A stretch of DNA of 64,000 nucleotides. Origin: Schmidtea polychroa. Its lineage: Eukaryota. Below the pieces are notes generated by a model, which was not told where the DNA came from, made no database searches, and saw only the letters and a program-made list of their open reading frames with translations. This document shows, one piece after another, positions 1 through 15,200 of this stretch. The DNA is taken from positions 33,294,001 through 33,358,000 of the forward strand of contig CM097885.1 in assembly GCA_044892525.1 (NCBI GenBank), written 5' to 3'. The translations under genes were made by a program, and so were the position numbers. Position 1 is the stretch's first letter. The number at the start of each line of letters is the position of its first letter.

Positions 1-1479
1 ATAAAATTAAATTTATTTTTAATAATTTTAATAATTTTGAAAATTTTTAATTTATAAATTCAAATTTTCTGTAGAAAAATATATTTTAATAGCATAATAA
101 AGCCACATTAAATTAAAGAGTAATTACTGATGGCAATAATTCAATTAGTTTCTTACTTATATTTTGTTGAGATTAAAGGAAAATGTTGGGATAAGTTCGT
201 TATATATATATATATTTGATGACTGTTAATTAAATTAAACATGAGTGAGACAGATTTGCAGAGAATACTCAAAATCGTTATTATTTTATTTTACATTATG
301 AATTAAATATTTACAATAATCTATTTTTTTAACTATTTCTATGATAAATAAAACAAATAAAAAAATATTTATTATTTTATTTTATAATTTTTTTTATTTA
401 GTTAATATTAAATCTTTAAATTGAAGAAATGAAAAAAATAGAAAATTACTATATGCAAAATTAGTATTCCAATTATATAATTGAAAATATCAAATTTTTC
501 TAAATTCAAATTGACAAGAAATCATTCTGGCCTACTAAATATTATTTTAAAATTAGAAAATTAAATGAGGTTTCCTTAAAAGAAATGATTAGAATGATTA
601 AAAGAAATGATTAGAATGATTTTAAAAAGAATATTCAAAAAATGAATCATTTTAAATTTATTACCAAATACATTTTCAAATGATAATTGGAAATTAGTTA
701 TTTTAATTAAAACAAATTAATTTTAGTGAATTCACTACATTAAATAAATATTAACAAAAACTAATTATTTATTATTTCTCTGGCTCTTTTGCTTAATATT
801 TTTTTTATTGTAATCTATTAAAAATATTTTAAATAATTTCAATAAAATTCAAAAACTAATAATCCTAATAATCCAATTTATTCCAATGTTTGGCAATAAA
901 TAATGATAAATAGCCAAAATGCTAATTTAAAAAATATATAAACATTTAATTTAATTAATGATTTTGTTTTAATAATATCCGTAGAATTTAAATAATTTAT
1001 TTATTAAAATATTATAACAACAGAAAAGAGATATTAAAGGAATTATGAATAGAAAATCTATATAGTTTACTAATTTTCAAAATTTAGAAATATCGTAATA
1101 ATTTCTTCCAATTTTTGTATAACTTATTAATAAGGTTGCAAAGAACTCAATGCGATATGTTTCATGGTCTGTTCGTTAGATAATGTTTTTCTCTCCGCTG
1201 TAAATTTCAAGTCCATTTCGTAGGATTTAGTTTTGCTAAATATTAGTTAGGGACCGTAAGAATAATTTTAGTTCATATATTCAAGTTATTAATAAGATGA
1301 CGAGGCATTTGACTATTTTATTTCCATTTAATATTAAAATATCAATAATAGCTGCTCTATTTATTTACCGAACCTTGCCCATCAAATACTTTGTCATCTT
1401 AGATGACATGAGATTTTCGGAAAACCCTAATCCTTGAACCTCTTTATGGATTAAAGTATTACTTAGGGGTCCTCATGAG

Positions 1480-2520
1480 GTGAATTTCAATCATAATGTG
1501 ATTGTATCAAACATTCTGCATTATTATCTTTTCATTACTGTTTCAGTTCTAATCCGATGCATCACAAACATTAAACTATTATCTCGATATATGTTTATCT
1601 TCTTAATTTTCATTAGTCTCTTAAATTCTGCTATTAATTTGCACGTGGAAGCTCCATTCCGGTTGAAAGTCGTTGTGGTAACTACGATTTCACTAATGCT
1701 CGAATTTGAAGGATTCTTTATTTTTTCTTTCACTTCATTGGTGTCAATATTCAACTTTTTTATCGTGCGATCTATTAATATCGTAGTTTTTACTGTCACC
1801 AGCCACTAGCAAATGATAAATGGCAATACTTTTTTCCATAATTTTGACAGTAAATTCTTAAAATATTCTCTCATAATGTGATTATTAGATCATTTGAGCT
1901 GTTTGGGCCCGTCATCCTAATTCATTTGAGCAATGGAATTGTTTGTCATTGTGTATCCAGTGTTTGCTTGGGTAAATACCAATGTCGTGACTTTCTGAAG
2001 ATAAAGCCCTTATCTAATTTTTATTATTACTTGTTGATCGACTTATTTCAATGTTCTTTTCTCAAGCCTTTTTTTTATTTATTTATATATTTATATTATG
2101 TAGCATATGTTTAAGAAAATACATAAAATCGTCAAAGTAGAAATTGTTTTAATATTCGATTTATAAACTGACAGCCTTTTTCAATCAATAAATTTTGAAT
2201 GACATTTTTGAATTTTTACAATACTATTAAAAGTTCCTTGGGATATGCAATCGTTTTTACTGTTCAAGAAGTACTTGAGTAATATTATTCAACCCTTGTT
2301 CGAATACTGTTTTGATATACTTATTTCCTACAAATTTCATTTTATTAAGAAAACTTGTTAAATTTCTCGATAATTAATTATATACCATTAAAGAAGGAAT
2401 ATATTAACTTCTTCGGATTCAATAGTGCTGAGATTAGTTAGTTTAGTGTTATGGTATTACTTCGAAAATTTTGTCGGCTAACTTTGCCATTTGATTGGTA
2501 TTATCAATGGTCACGTAACT
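1480..2520 (-). mobile_element. Highly decayed Gypsy-like gag/protease remnant
   Basis: Minus-strand peptides MAKLADKIFEV (~2480) and VAGDS..ILIDRTIKKLNIDT (~1740-1810) resemble Gypsy gag and protease-start motifs; many stops and frameshifts. Confidence 0.35.
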
Positions 2521-3246
2521 ATGAATATTTGTGTATAAAAAGCAATAATGATAGCGAAAAATGTTTAAGGGTTTAATCTGCTAGGTCGATTTTTACGTTT
2601 AGTCTAAAGATTTTACTCACTAAAATACCATATAAAAGTGTTTTAATAAAGCTTCATATATTGATATGTTAAAATTAATAAAATATGAAATAAACAAAGT
2701 TAGAAGTTAACTTATTGTTTTTAACATTCACTGTAAAGTCTGGCATGTAAATTTATTATTATATTGTATTTAATGTGATTTATATAGTACACTATGTCTC
2801 TCTAAGAAAAAATGTGCAAATAACAGTGTGAGGATTTAAACCAAAAGTTTCAAGGTCATTTTTCTAAAGTTTCAAATTATTTGCAGTTGCAGATTTATCA
2901 ATTAATTCTATTTTAATATTTTTAGAATATTAAAATTTATTCCTTTGTAATTTCGTCTACTATCTGTTGAGCTAAAACTGAAAAATTTTAAATTTGTTTC
3001 AATGCGTCGAGAAATCACAAGCACACATACGCACCATGTCGAATTAAACTATATGATGAAACACTAAGTATATATATATATATATATAGTAATAATGAAA
3101 ATCTAACTCTAACAAATAATAAAATTAAAGAATATTATAAGACAAAACGCTTTAAACTTTCTAATCAAATAATAAAAGTCTTTCAGAGTAATATTTAACA
3201 GTAATCTCAACATACATTTTATTGTAATATTTCTACATTAGAAATA

Positions 3247-6200
3247 TTATTTAACAGTTTTCACATTGCTAAATTGATTGTGAATTTCAGAATGTTTCGT
3301 AGGATTTTTCAACCGTTTTTCTGTTATATTCTGACTAAGTTGCCAGATATAAATAGTACCATTTATATCAGATGCAGCGACGTAACCAATACTAAATATC
3401 AAAATCATAAAAAAATTGTTTTTTTAATGTAAAAGTGATAAAAATGGATAATAAGCATTAAGAAAAAATAAAGCAAAAATTAAAATCAACTAATAAAAGT
3501 ATTTTAATTTAAATTTCACATATGTTATGCTTTTAATTATATGTTCTTTGCTATGTTCTAAATTATATGAACTCTCCTAATATAACNNNNNNNNNNNNNN
3601 NNNNNNNNNNNNNNNNNNNNNNNNNNNNNNNNNNNNNNNNNNNNNNNNNNNNNNNNNNNNNNNNNNNNNNNNNNNNNNNNNNNNNNNNNNNNNNNNNNNN
3701 NNNNNNNNNNNNNNNNNNNNNNNNNNNNNNNNNNNNNNNNNNNNNNNNNNNNNNNNNNNNNNNNNNNNNNTGCATAGATCAAAGCGTACTTTCCAAAAGT
3801 TCGTTATAAAAAGAACGTATTCATTTAGTAGTTCATGTTCAATGTTTTAATTTAATAATTTACATTGTACAAATTCCTCAAATTGATTTAAAATTTTCGT
3901 AATTTATTTATTAATAGATATATTTATTATTATTAAATTATAGGACTTTTGTCGGTACCAAAGAAAAAAAAGTATCAAAATGTATTGAATTTTGAAAAGG
4001 TTGTAAACGTCAGTAATGGTAATAGAGACATCTCCTTTATGATCTTAAGAATCAGCTTTAAATTGCGTCATCCTGTAAAAACACGACATTATCGACCAGA
4101 TGATACTACTCAGTTCAGATGATACTATGAAAAAATTATTTTATGGTTGAAGATACACTCCACTCTGTGATTTGTAAAATGATAACAAGAAATGGAATAT
4201 CATCATTATAAAGATTGTGCTTGTTATAAGATTCAAGAAAATTATTATTTACATACAGATATTTTGTCACAAAATCGCCAAACTCAATAAGAAATCGTAA
4301 TGGATTATATAGGAAAAGCTCGAGATGAAATCCCTAGAGAAATCTTAATCCGGTGTAAAACTAGCGGCTGTTTTAGTCTCATATTCGACAAATAAATAAC
4401 AAAAACAGTCGTTAAATATATTTCTCTACTGAAATGATTTTTGGAATTTAAATTTTGCACAATTAGAAGGATTTAAGCATATAAGAATACCATAGAATTC
4501 TGGTAAATAAATGGTAAAAAAATATTATTAATTTTATTAATGTTGGTGTAGTGAGTAAGTGACGAAAATGTGTCTTAAATATGAAAATATATTGATCTAT
4601 AATCAAAATCGAAATGAAGATAGTAATAATAAACTTTTAGATCATTATAATTAAATCTATCATTTCATCATTAACAGAAAAAGAGTCTTCACATCAGTTT
4701 TTCAAGTGTTAAGTTTAGTCAACTAATCTAATTTTATTTTTCACGTAGAAAAAAAATAATATATACAAAATAATATTGATTTATAATTATTTTACAAACT
4801 ATAATTCTTTTTAGGAATGTGAAAAGAATATCAGACTAAATTTAACATTTAAAAATAGTTGTGAAAAAATTGATCCATTTTTTATAGAATGATCAAGTGT
4901 AATCTAAAAAAAATATTTATACATATTTAAGTTATCCATAACGATTTATTTGAATTTTGCAAATCTTAAAATCTGGGAACTATAAATAAATCAGAAATTT
5001 AAGAGCATTAAGTGCATCAAGAAAAGGCAAAAAGAAATTAAATATGAAAATCGAATTCAAAAAAGTCAGGCTGAATTTTAACCTTCTACTGAAATATTGT
5101 TAAATAAATACTATTGTACTTATTTTAATATTTACAGTTAATCAATAAATAATACAATTTTTGTAAGAACACTGAAATGTTTATTAAAATATGTTTCATG
5201 ATAATTGTAAAATGTAAATATTACTTATTAGTATATTAAATGTCTGAATAAATAAAATCAACAACCTCAATGTACATAGTTATTATCTCCATACTAATTG
5301 TCACAATTATATATTATAAAAAAGAGCCTCGACAGTCATAATGTGTCACTGGTCAAGTAACAAAAATCACATTTGTTTTCCATCATTGGTGATAAAAAGA
5401 AAGACCTTTAATGAAAGAATTGTAATTTCATTATTTGTCTTTATTAAAAGTATAAGCTAATTCTCGACTATGATACATTTTTATTTTTAGATTTTCAATC
5501 TAAAAGCAATTATTAATTGTCTGACAAAGGGAAAAGTAACTTGTGTGAAAAATAAACATCATTTGTCAATTCATAAAATGAATTATTTAATTATATTATT
5601 TTTCAAATTATTTATTATTCTCAAAGCGGCAAAATAATGAAAGGAAACATGACTACATCAAAATGTTACAGTGTAAACATTAATATTATTGATATTGCAC
5701 ATAATATCGAATTATTATGAATTTAATTAAAAATTATAAAACTAAGAACTGGGAAATATAATTAAATAAAAATGTTTTGAAATAAAATGTTAACATTGAA
5801 ATGAAATTTAAATAAGAAATTAGATTAGTTCAATTTAACTTAACTTCTCAATTAAAACGCGCTTGAAATTAATTAATTTATAAACGTTTCTTTGTAAAAT
5901 GAAATTGACAAAAATAATTCACGGAAATTTTATAAAGATTGGATTTCTAAATGTTGAGTAGGATACTAAATTGCATCTTTATTTTAAAATAAATACATAT
6001 ATATATCTATATATATATATATAGTGGAACCTCTACCACACGCATCCCTTTTTCGTACTTTTCTCTAATCTCTTACTTTGTTTGTATGGCCAAAACATCT
6101 CTCCTTCTCACCACTTTTTCCCATCACTTTCTTGGGATCCTTAGTTAATACAAGTGTAACAAATTTAAATCTTTATTAAAATGTGAAAACTAAAATATTT

Positions 6201-9200
6201 AAACAAAATTAAGTATTAAGTGTTTTGAAGTTTTCACATTTCGTATCCTGAAATTTATTTTGTAACCAGAGGTAACATTTTTCGGAGGATGCGTTTCGTA
6301 ACCTGAAAATTTCGTTTGTAAGTAGAAGTACCACTGTATATGAATATTTAATATGTATTTCTGTGTTATTTAGTAATGTTATTCATTAGTGATAATTATT
6401 AATTATTATTTAGAAATTTCAATTTTATGGTTGATGGAAACAAGAAAACATTGGTAAAGCATTATTAATGTTAATTTGAATTACATTTTTTTAAATCAAA
6501 ATTTTTTCAACTTGATATGACACGGGTAGTGTCCACTTTTGAAATTTGTATTTAAAGAAGATATATTATATTGATAATAACAAAAATATGGTACTGATTT
6601 AACTATTTAAAAAAATAACTATAAAGATTTGTAAATATTTATTAGTTGTTTCCGTACTCAAGTTCTCGATCACTGTCATCTGAAGGGATTGATTAATTTT
6701 AAACATATGAGATTAAAGAATATTATGTATACAAAGAATGGTGAATTTGTAGTGTCATATTTGAAATGGTTCATGGAAAAATTAAAGTCAAAACTTTGTT
6801 AATATTAAAATGGAGTTATGTAAGAAAGTGAAAATTATTAAATTTTATTTATTTCAGCAAATCAACTAAAAGAATTGTAATTTATAAATAACTATAAATA
6901 ATTTGCAATTACTTGAAAAACAATTATCTAATGAGAACTGATGTTAGAATTAATATTTAAAAATAACACTATTTTTGTGAATTTATAAAATGAGACGATA
7001 ATGTATTTCCCGCTTCAAATTAATGTGAATTATAACATATATTCTTGGGAAAATTTAAATGTTAATAAATTGAATTGTTAGATCAAAAAAATATATTTCC
7101 TTTTTTATTAAAATAAATTCAGCATTTTGACTGATAAAATAATTTTTGATAAATTACATTTCCATTACTCGTCAACCGAAGACTATCTTATGAAAAATTA
7201 AGCTGAAGATTAGAAAAAGGAAATTCGTATTTTCGTTGAGTTAATAAAAGGTTCTAGTGGATTTGTCGACAAACTTTATCAATCGAGAATAACACATGTT
7301 ATCAGTGGAATTCATAGAGATTCTAAAAAACACAGGTTGATTTATTTAGTACATTAAAACACAAGTGTATGATGAAATTATTACTTTACATTAAAATCGA
7401 GCATTGAAAAAAAACTGTTATTTACGAGTGGAAAATCTTTTTATCCAGCAGATGGTCTTCATTGTTTACATTAAATTTTCAACGACAACTAAAATAAATG
7501 TTTTTTCACTTTAAATTTTCCCGGCCGGTGCGAAAAATTATCTTTATTTGATAAAATTTTTACAGATATTATCAACATAGATTAGAATTTTGAGAGAGAC
7601 ATTGAAAAGTAATGTGTCAAATTTTAGCGATGGATTTTGCAAATCTGAAATTTAGTTTAATTATTGTCAAGGGGTATTTTTATTATACCTAAAATCATTT
7701 AGTGAAAAATGTAATTTATCAGCATCCTCAATTTCCAAAAAATATTTTATGAGTTCAACTAAGAAATATCAAATTTTTATTCTTTTTTTTTATTTTTATT
7801 TTTTTTATAAAATGTAAGAAATGTAAGTACAAAGATCCAAATAATTGTTATTTCTTTTTTTAACAATTCGTAAAAATTCACTAAAATTAAAATGTTTTTT
7901 AAAGTCTGAAAATAGCCACTACCTTCGTTCAAAAATGATGTACTGATTAAAAAAATATGGATGAAGTTCTTTCTATGTCACAAAAACGAAGAAATTAATT
8001 ATTATTTATCAAAGCTTCGATAAATAATTAATAATTGGTATATCAACGAACAATTTTTTTTTAATTTGGAAACTTGAAAATGACGATGTATTATACTATG
8101 TCAGTAGATAGTGTTGACTCTAGCCAAATAGGATATCTCGAATCACACAAAAAATTACGTCATCGTGGTCGATTCAAAATCAAGGACTCTTTCATTTCTT
8201 TGCGCAGTAGCGTATCTAGGGCCGGGCAAGCGGGGCATTTGCCCCGGCGCCACGATTTTAGGGGCGCCAAATTGATTTTTGAAACCTAAACTTTATTTAA
8301 AGATTTTCGATTTTGAAATTTAACCAACATTAAAATAACGAATTTTGATTATTTGAAATATATAAACAAAGTTTTCCTGGAAAGCAGACGATAACTAATT
8401 CCTTTTGTAATATAATTTTAGTACTATTTAAATTAAATTTAAATTTTATGGTGAACTTTGTTTATATATTTCAAAGCCTTTCCAAAATACATGAAATTTG
8501 AGTTATATCCAGAACTCAATCGTAAGATTTATAGAATTATTTGTTAAGCTCAAAATTATTTGAAAAAACTTTCAAACTTTAGAATATCAAAGATGCCGAA
8601 ACCGAAATTAAGTGGCGCACAAAATCGTAAAAAGGCCAGAATATTCCGAAATGAAGCTAAAAAGTCAAGTCAAATGTTGCAAAATTATTTAAAAAAGGAA
8701 AAAGTTGAAGAAAATGACCAGATAGAGGATATTAAAGAAGACAAACATATGCCGCAGTCAGATTATGAATTTTTTGATTTTGATGCCTCACAAAACAATG
8801 AAGAGTCGGATTTTGATTATGAAATGACTGAATCCAACAATAGATCATGTCTTTCAACAATTTCAGAAAATATTCCGAATCTGCTTTTGTTCAATGATAT
8901 TGGATATTTGGAATTTCAAGAAGGTTTTCATTCATTCAGTCCAATAGTTTCACAAAAACTAAGAACTGAAGTCATTTTACGTGGCCCGAGTTTATTTCAA
9001 AATAATAAAGGAAGCTTTGCAGTGCATAATGGACGTTCAATTACATCATCATGGTTTAAGAAGAAGTTTGCAAACGGTATATATGTTAATCGATCTTGGT
9101 TAATTTATTCGCCTCATAAAGAAACACTTTTCTGCTTTGGTTGTTTGTTATTTTATAATGATTTTTGTAAAACTGCATTTTCTTCACCGGCTGGTTTTAG

Positions 9201-12200
9201 AGATTTTAAGCATTCAGAAAGAGTAAATGATCATGAAAATAATATTATACACCGTCAGAATTTTACAACATGGAAAGAAACTGAACGAAGATTGTCTCAA
9301 GGTGCTGGAATCGATATGGAAGTTCAAGCTCAAATATTGTTGGAAAAAGATCGATGGAGAGAAATTTTAAAAAGATTTCTTTCATGCATAAAATTCTTAG
9401 CATTTCATAATTTAGCATTACGTGGTTATAATGAAAATTTGTTGAATACAGAAGGCAATCCAGGTAATTTTCTGGGTCTCTTACAATTGATTGCGCAATA
9501 TGATCCACTTTTGGCAAGTCACATGGAACATTCTCGTTTACATCCAGGAACAACATCTTATTTATCACCAGGCATACAAAATGAGTTTATTCACCTTTTA
9601 GCTTCAATAGTTCGAAATGTTTTGATTGAAAATATTAAAAAAAGCAAATACTTTGGCATGATATTTGATTCTACTCCAGATTTACAACATCGTGAACAAT
9701 TTTCAGAAGTTATTCGTCACGTTGAAATAGATTTTGATAAAAAAACAGTGGAAATTAAGGAATCATTTCTGGGATTTATTGAGCTAGCTGAAAAAGATGC
9801 CGAAGCTCTTAAAAATACTATACTCAAATTATTACAAACTGATGGATTACAACTCTCGGACTGTCGATCGCAATGTTATGATAATGCGGCAGTTATGGCT
9901 GGTCATGTTTCTGGATTGCAACAAAGAATTACCAAATTGAACCCTCGCGCAGTGTTTATTAACTGTGATAATCAAAGTTTAAATCTTCTGTTCAAACTAA
10001 TCCCATAATGCTAACTTTTTTTGGTGTAATTGAACAAATTTATTTATTTTTTTCAAGATCAACCAATCTTTGGCAAAAGTTAACCGATGTCATTCCTTTG
10101 ACTGTAAAACGTGAATCAACAACACGATGGAGTGCACGAGCAGAAGCTGTAAAAGCAATTTTTATTGGAATCGATAATCTTGTGAAATTAATTGAAGATC
10201 TTTCTGATGATTTCAATCAAACATCTGACACAAGAAGCGAATCATACAATTTATTGCAAAATATATTGAATTTTAATTTTCTGGTTTTGATAAATTTTTG
10301 GCATCACGTTCTCGAGAAAATTGATCGTGTACAAAAATGAATGCAAGATCCAAAAATTAATTTTAAAGATGCCTCCGATGATTTACAAGGATTAAGCATA
10401 CATATACAGCAATTTCTTGAAGATCAATGCATTCAATCAATTGAAGCAGGTAAAAAAAAGTGTTTTGAATGGGGCGTTGAAATAAAGAAAAGAGTGTGAC
10501 GTATAAAAATTAGATTAGGTGAAAAAATGACTGATTCTGGTTTGACTGCTGAACAAGAGTTAGATCGTGTGTTGAAATGCTCAGTTGATAGATTAATTCA
10601 AGAATTAAAAACTCGATTTACTCGCCTTAATTCATTGAACGAAAATTTTGGATATTTCCTTGACACTGAAAATTTTCTAAATTGCCATGATCCTGCTAAA
10701 CGAACTATGCAATGAAGTTACTGACTGTAAAATGCTTCTTAATGCTCGAAAAGATGAAATTCCAAAATCACCTATAGATCTTTTAAAATTTTTAATATCT
10801 TATGGTGAAGATGTTTTCCCAAATTTAAGAATTTCATTGCAAATTATTTGACAATTGGTATTTCTGTTTCAACATGCGAACGTTCCTTTAGCAAATTAAA
10901 ATTAATTTTGTCATATCTTCGAGCAACAATGAGTGAAGAACGTTTAAATAATTTGGCATTATTAAGTATTGAGAAAAACACTGTGAACAAAATTAACTTT
11001 GATGATGTCATTGACAAGTTCGCAAGTGTTAAAGCACGAAAAATTTGTTTGTAAATTATTACAATAAATAAAGTTTAAAACTAACTTGTTGCAAAATTAA
11101 ATTAATTTTTTTTTAAACTGCTGCAAATCAATTTTAAAGAGTGAAAATTTTTGATTTTTTTTAAATAATAATTTTTTTTTCTTAAAAAAGAAATGTCACT
11201 TTAGTGCAAAAATAATATACCAATAATAAGGAAAAGAAAAAATTCACGTGGAGAGGGGCGCAATTTTAAGTTTTGCCCCGGGCGCCGTGAACCCTAGATA
11301 CGCCACTGTCTTTGCGATACCCCTCTATATTTTTTTAGATTTATGTTTATGTAATAATTTTTTATTTTATTTTAATAAATTTAATGGAAAAAATAATCAG
11401 TGGCGAAATTGGAAGAAATAAAAGTTCTTATATTAAGATTATATAATAATTTATTTTTGTGATTATCTGTGATTACATCAACTTTAATTTTTCTTTAATT
11501 GTTGATAATGTAATACCCTAAATATATTTCGCCTATCATTAGGTGACTACGTCATGGCCGTTTTGACTTATGTTTAAATGGAGTGGCAGCCATTTTCTAA
11601 ATTTTATTTTTGTTTTTCAGATAGTCTTAAAAGGCTCCAGATATTTTCAACGAGACATTAAATAGACAAATTTTAATTCTCCACGTTAGATTGAAATTAT
11701 AAAGTTGACACAGTAGATTAAAGAAACTTATAACTTTCTAAATTTAATATTAAAAATTAATAAAACACATTACTAAATAAACATTTATTAAAAAACTAGA
11801 GAAATTCGATCGTTATTTACTCTCCGAATTGGCGAAATCTATTTTAAATATCTATATATAGTCATTTAAACTAACTGATTACACTTCTAACATTTAAACT
11901 ATATATAAACCATAAAAATAGTATTTAAAAATATGAAAATTTTCCATGTAAAGTTTTATAAATGTATTTTTAAATGTCATCTTTTGACATTTTCCTTTTA
12001 ATATTATTATTTATCTATTAATAAATAATTTATTTTCTCAAATTATTGAAAAAATAACTCCATTTATTATGTAGAAAAATGAAAATTATTTAAATTATAT
12101 TCAAAATTAATTTTTTAGCAAATAATTAGATTTCGAAAAGAAAATTATTTTAAATATTGTAGTATTCTGAGAAATGTTTTACGAAAAATGTCTTACAAAC

Positions 12201-15200
12201 AATAATAAAATTTTAAATTGAACGAAATAAAAATAGTTTAAAATACAAAATGGTATTCGTGATATCAATATTTTTTCATAAATAAAAATATAACTCATAA
12301 CGAAAATTAAAATGTTAATCTTCAACAATTTATGAAGTTTATAAAAGAATGGACGTTGTAATTAGATCAAGTGCCATGAAAGGCATACTATATATGGATA
12401 AAAAAATAATCATTGAGATAAATAATAAATAATGATATAATCCAAGAACCCATACATTCAGGGTTAATTAATCAAACATAAAGGCAGTCGTGTACATCAC
12501 AGGCGTAATAAAAACGAGAAGCATAATGGCTAATTAGTTAAATGCAAATACTGTATATCAATGAAATAACCAGATGATTAAATTTCAAAGTTTTATTCAG
12601 AATTTTAGTTAATTTAAACTTAATCCTAAAAGCCGTTAAAAAAGAATTATTACAAAACAATATAAAGTTTTTGATGAAAAGAAATTATGTAATAAAACCA
12701 ATTAACCAAACAGAATTTATTGATTTCCCTGACTTTTTGTTAATTTTATTACAGATTTCTCTGATTTTATATATTCGTTGCTCAAAGATAAAATATATAT
12801 TAGATTTTAATAAGATCTCTGAAATTAATATTTTAATCAACACAAGTTGTATGAAGGTTTTTTAATATATTCTGCTTTGACTATTATTTGCAATGCTTTC
12901 TTTGTCAAAAATGAGTGTTTTTGATGTTTTTTAGAGCGAAAATCTGATGAAATAAAAGTATTTTGAGTTCGATATTGAAAATAAAATAAAAAAGTTACAT
13001 TAATAATAAAAATAGAAAATTCATATTTTAATATTTTATACTAAAGTTTTAACTTAGTTTTAATAAAATAATAAATAATAGTATAATAAATAACTTTATA
13101 TAAAATTTATTGGAAATTTTTCAATAATAAAAAATATAAAATAATAATTTAATAATACTATCTACTATTTAATTTATTTTCATTATGACTGGTTAATTCC
13201 AAATACTCGCGTGTGTGAGTTTGTTTGTTTGTGTGTGTGGTGTATTTAGCTTGCATTATATATTCTGAGTTATTACACCTAACCCTCGACTTACGCGGAA
13301 GATACGTTCCTGAAAAAACCGCGTAAATCGAATTTTAAATTTTGCCATGTAAAACAACGAAAATTGAAAAACACATTAAAATGATCACAATTCAACGTAT
13401 AATATTTTTATATTTAAAAAAATAACAAAACAATAATTCATAAAGTACATTAATAAACATAAAAATATCAATTTATTTTACATATTTTTAATTACGCTTA
13501 AAAACTCATTCACTATCATCAGAAACTACTAATAACTAATTTTTTTGTTGGTGCGATGTTATTTTTATCATGCGGTTCAGGTTCAATGGCTGATAGATTT
13601 AAAATAATTTCAGACCGCTTAGACTTGGTAATGAATTCCTTAATTAATAACTAGTGTGAATTTCTGGTTAAATTTTTATAATCCTCCTCATATTGGATCA
13701 AGAGTTTATTAATGTTTTGCTGGCATTACAGAGCTCGTTCAACATTCGGGTCAATTTGTAGAAAATGGTTATCCAAATTTCGCCCTAATTCATGTCCTTC
13801 GCGAATTTTCTTTGCTGTAAATGCACTTGGTTCAGACTCTTCTTCGTTAATATCATCGTCGCTATCAATTGTATTAGTTTCATCAACCATATTAAATGAA
13901 TCATCCTCATTTAGTCCTTCATCGGCCATTAGTTCTACAATATCTGCCTCAGATATATCCTCGAATCCTTCTCCTTCTAACTTATTTATTCGTGGTATAA
14001 TAGTAAAGTAGAAATTTCACTTTGAACCAAGTTCTGCTACACATTTTTCCAACATGCATTGAGCGTCGATCGTTTAATCTCCGTATATGTCAATCCAATG
14101 TGCTTAACATAATCTAAAATCGTAAAATTCTTCCAAGCTTCCATTACTGGAAAAGATTAATCATCTTCATTTGATTTAAAATGTATCTGAAGGTTCGTTT
14201 GATTTACAGTTTTTTAAAAGTAAAAATTATTCCTTGATCTAACGGCTGTCATATTTTTGGGTAAAAAATACAACTTGCTCATTTTCGTGTTGCAAATCAG
14301 GGGGATGACCTGGAGCATTATCAATTAAGAGAAGCGCCTTAAAAGCCAACCCTTTTCATTTAAATACCTTTTGACATCTGGAACGAAAAACTGATGAAAC
14401 CATTCATTAAAAAGTGAGGCATGGTTTCTTATTGGCAGTCCAATAAACAGGAAAATAGTTGGTGTTAACTCCTTTAAATGCCCGAGGTTTTTTTGATTTA
14501 TTAATAACTAAAGGTTTCATTAATATGATTTCCTGAAGCATTACTAGAAAATAAGATAGTTATTCGACTTTTTGCTGATTTATGGGAACTATCTGATATC
14601 TGAGACTTTCCCAAACAGATTCTTCCCGGCATTTTTTCCCAAAATAATCCGGACTCATCAGCATTAAAGATCTGATTCGGAGTATAGGAATTTTCCGCAA
14701 AGATTTCAGCCCATCTTTCTGGACAGTTTTTGGCAGCATCTGAATCTGCAGATGCTAGTTTGTCCTTTAATTTCATATTATGTAATGAATGTCTTTGTTT
14801 AGATCTTTCAAACCAACCATAGTTTGCTAAAAATGACATCTTTGTTTCAGTTGCAGAGGAGGATGGTAACTGACTCTAAATTTTTTCATGAATTTTCAAA
14901 GCTTTATTTATAATAACATTGGTATCAATGGGAATTCGCTTTCGTGTCTGGTCTTCTAACCATATAATTAATGCCTTTTCCATTTTTTCATTACAACATT
15001 TCTTACGTATGAAGTTATACTCATGCTCGCGCAAGAACCAATCTTTATTTTTTTATTGTTCTTAGTGTAGACTCATTCATCTTATAACATTGATCAATAT
15101 TGGTTGCTTATTCTCCATTACGTAAACCATATAAAATTTTAATTTTCGTTTCTAACGAAATAACTTTTCTTTTCATTTGGTTTTCCTTTACTTCTTATGG

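Noticed and set aside
3558-3809. ORFs spanning N runs (also 16146-16390, 27506-27997, 31435-31686, 63182-63589)
   Set aside because: Artefacts of translating assembly gaps.
8074-8289. 71-aa ORF
   Set aside because: Runs across the hAT left terminus; chance frame.
9263-9568. Antisense ORF, and similar shadows at 13712-14011, 33899-34207, 36927-37142, 37747-37953, 38979-39185, 40095-40358 and 56424-56732
   Set aside because: Opposite-strand shadows of transposase or viral coding sequence.
10338-10500. TGA stops at probable CGA codons as a sign of CpG methylation
   Set aside because: Too few cases, and other pseudogenes here show non-CpG C>T changes as well.
12330-12580. Hydrophobic minus-strand stretch suggesting a membrane-protein fragment
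   Set aside because: Contains stops and no recognisable motif; AT-rich DNA readily gives hydrophobic translations.
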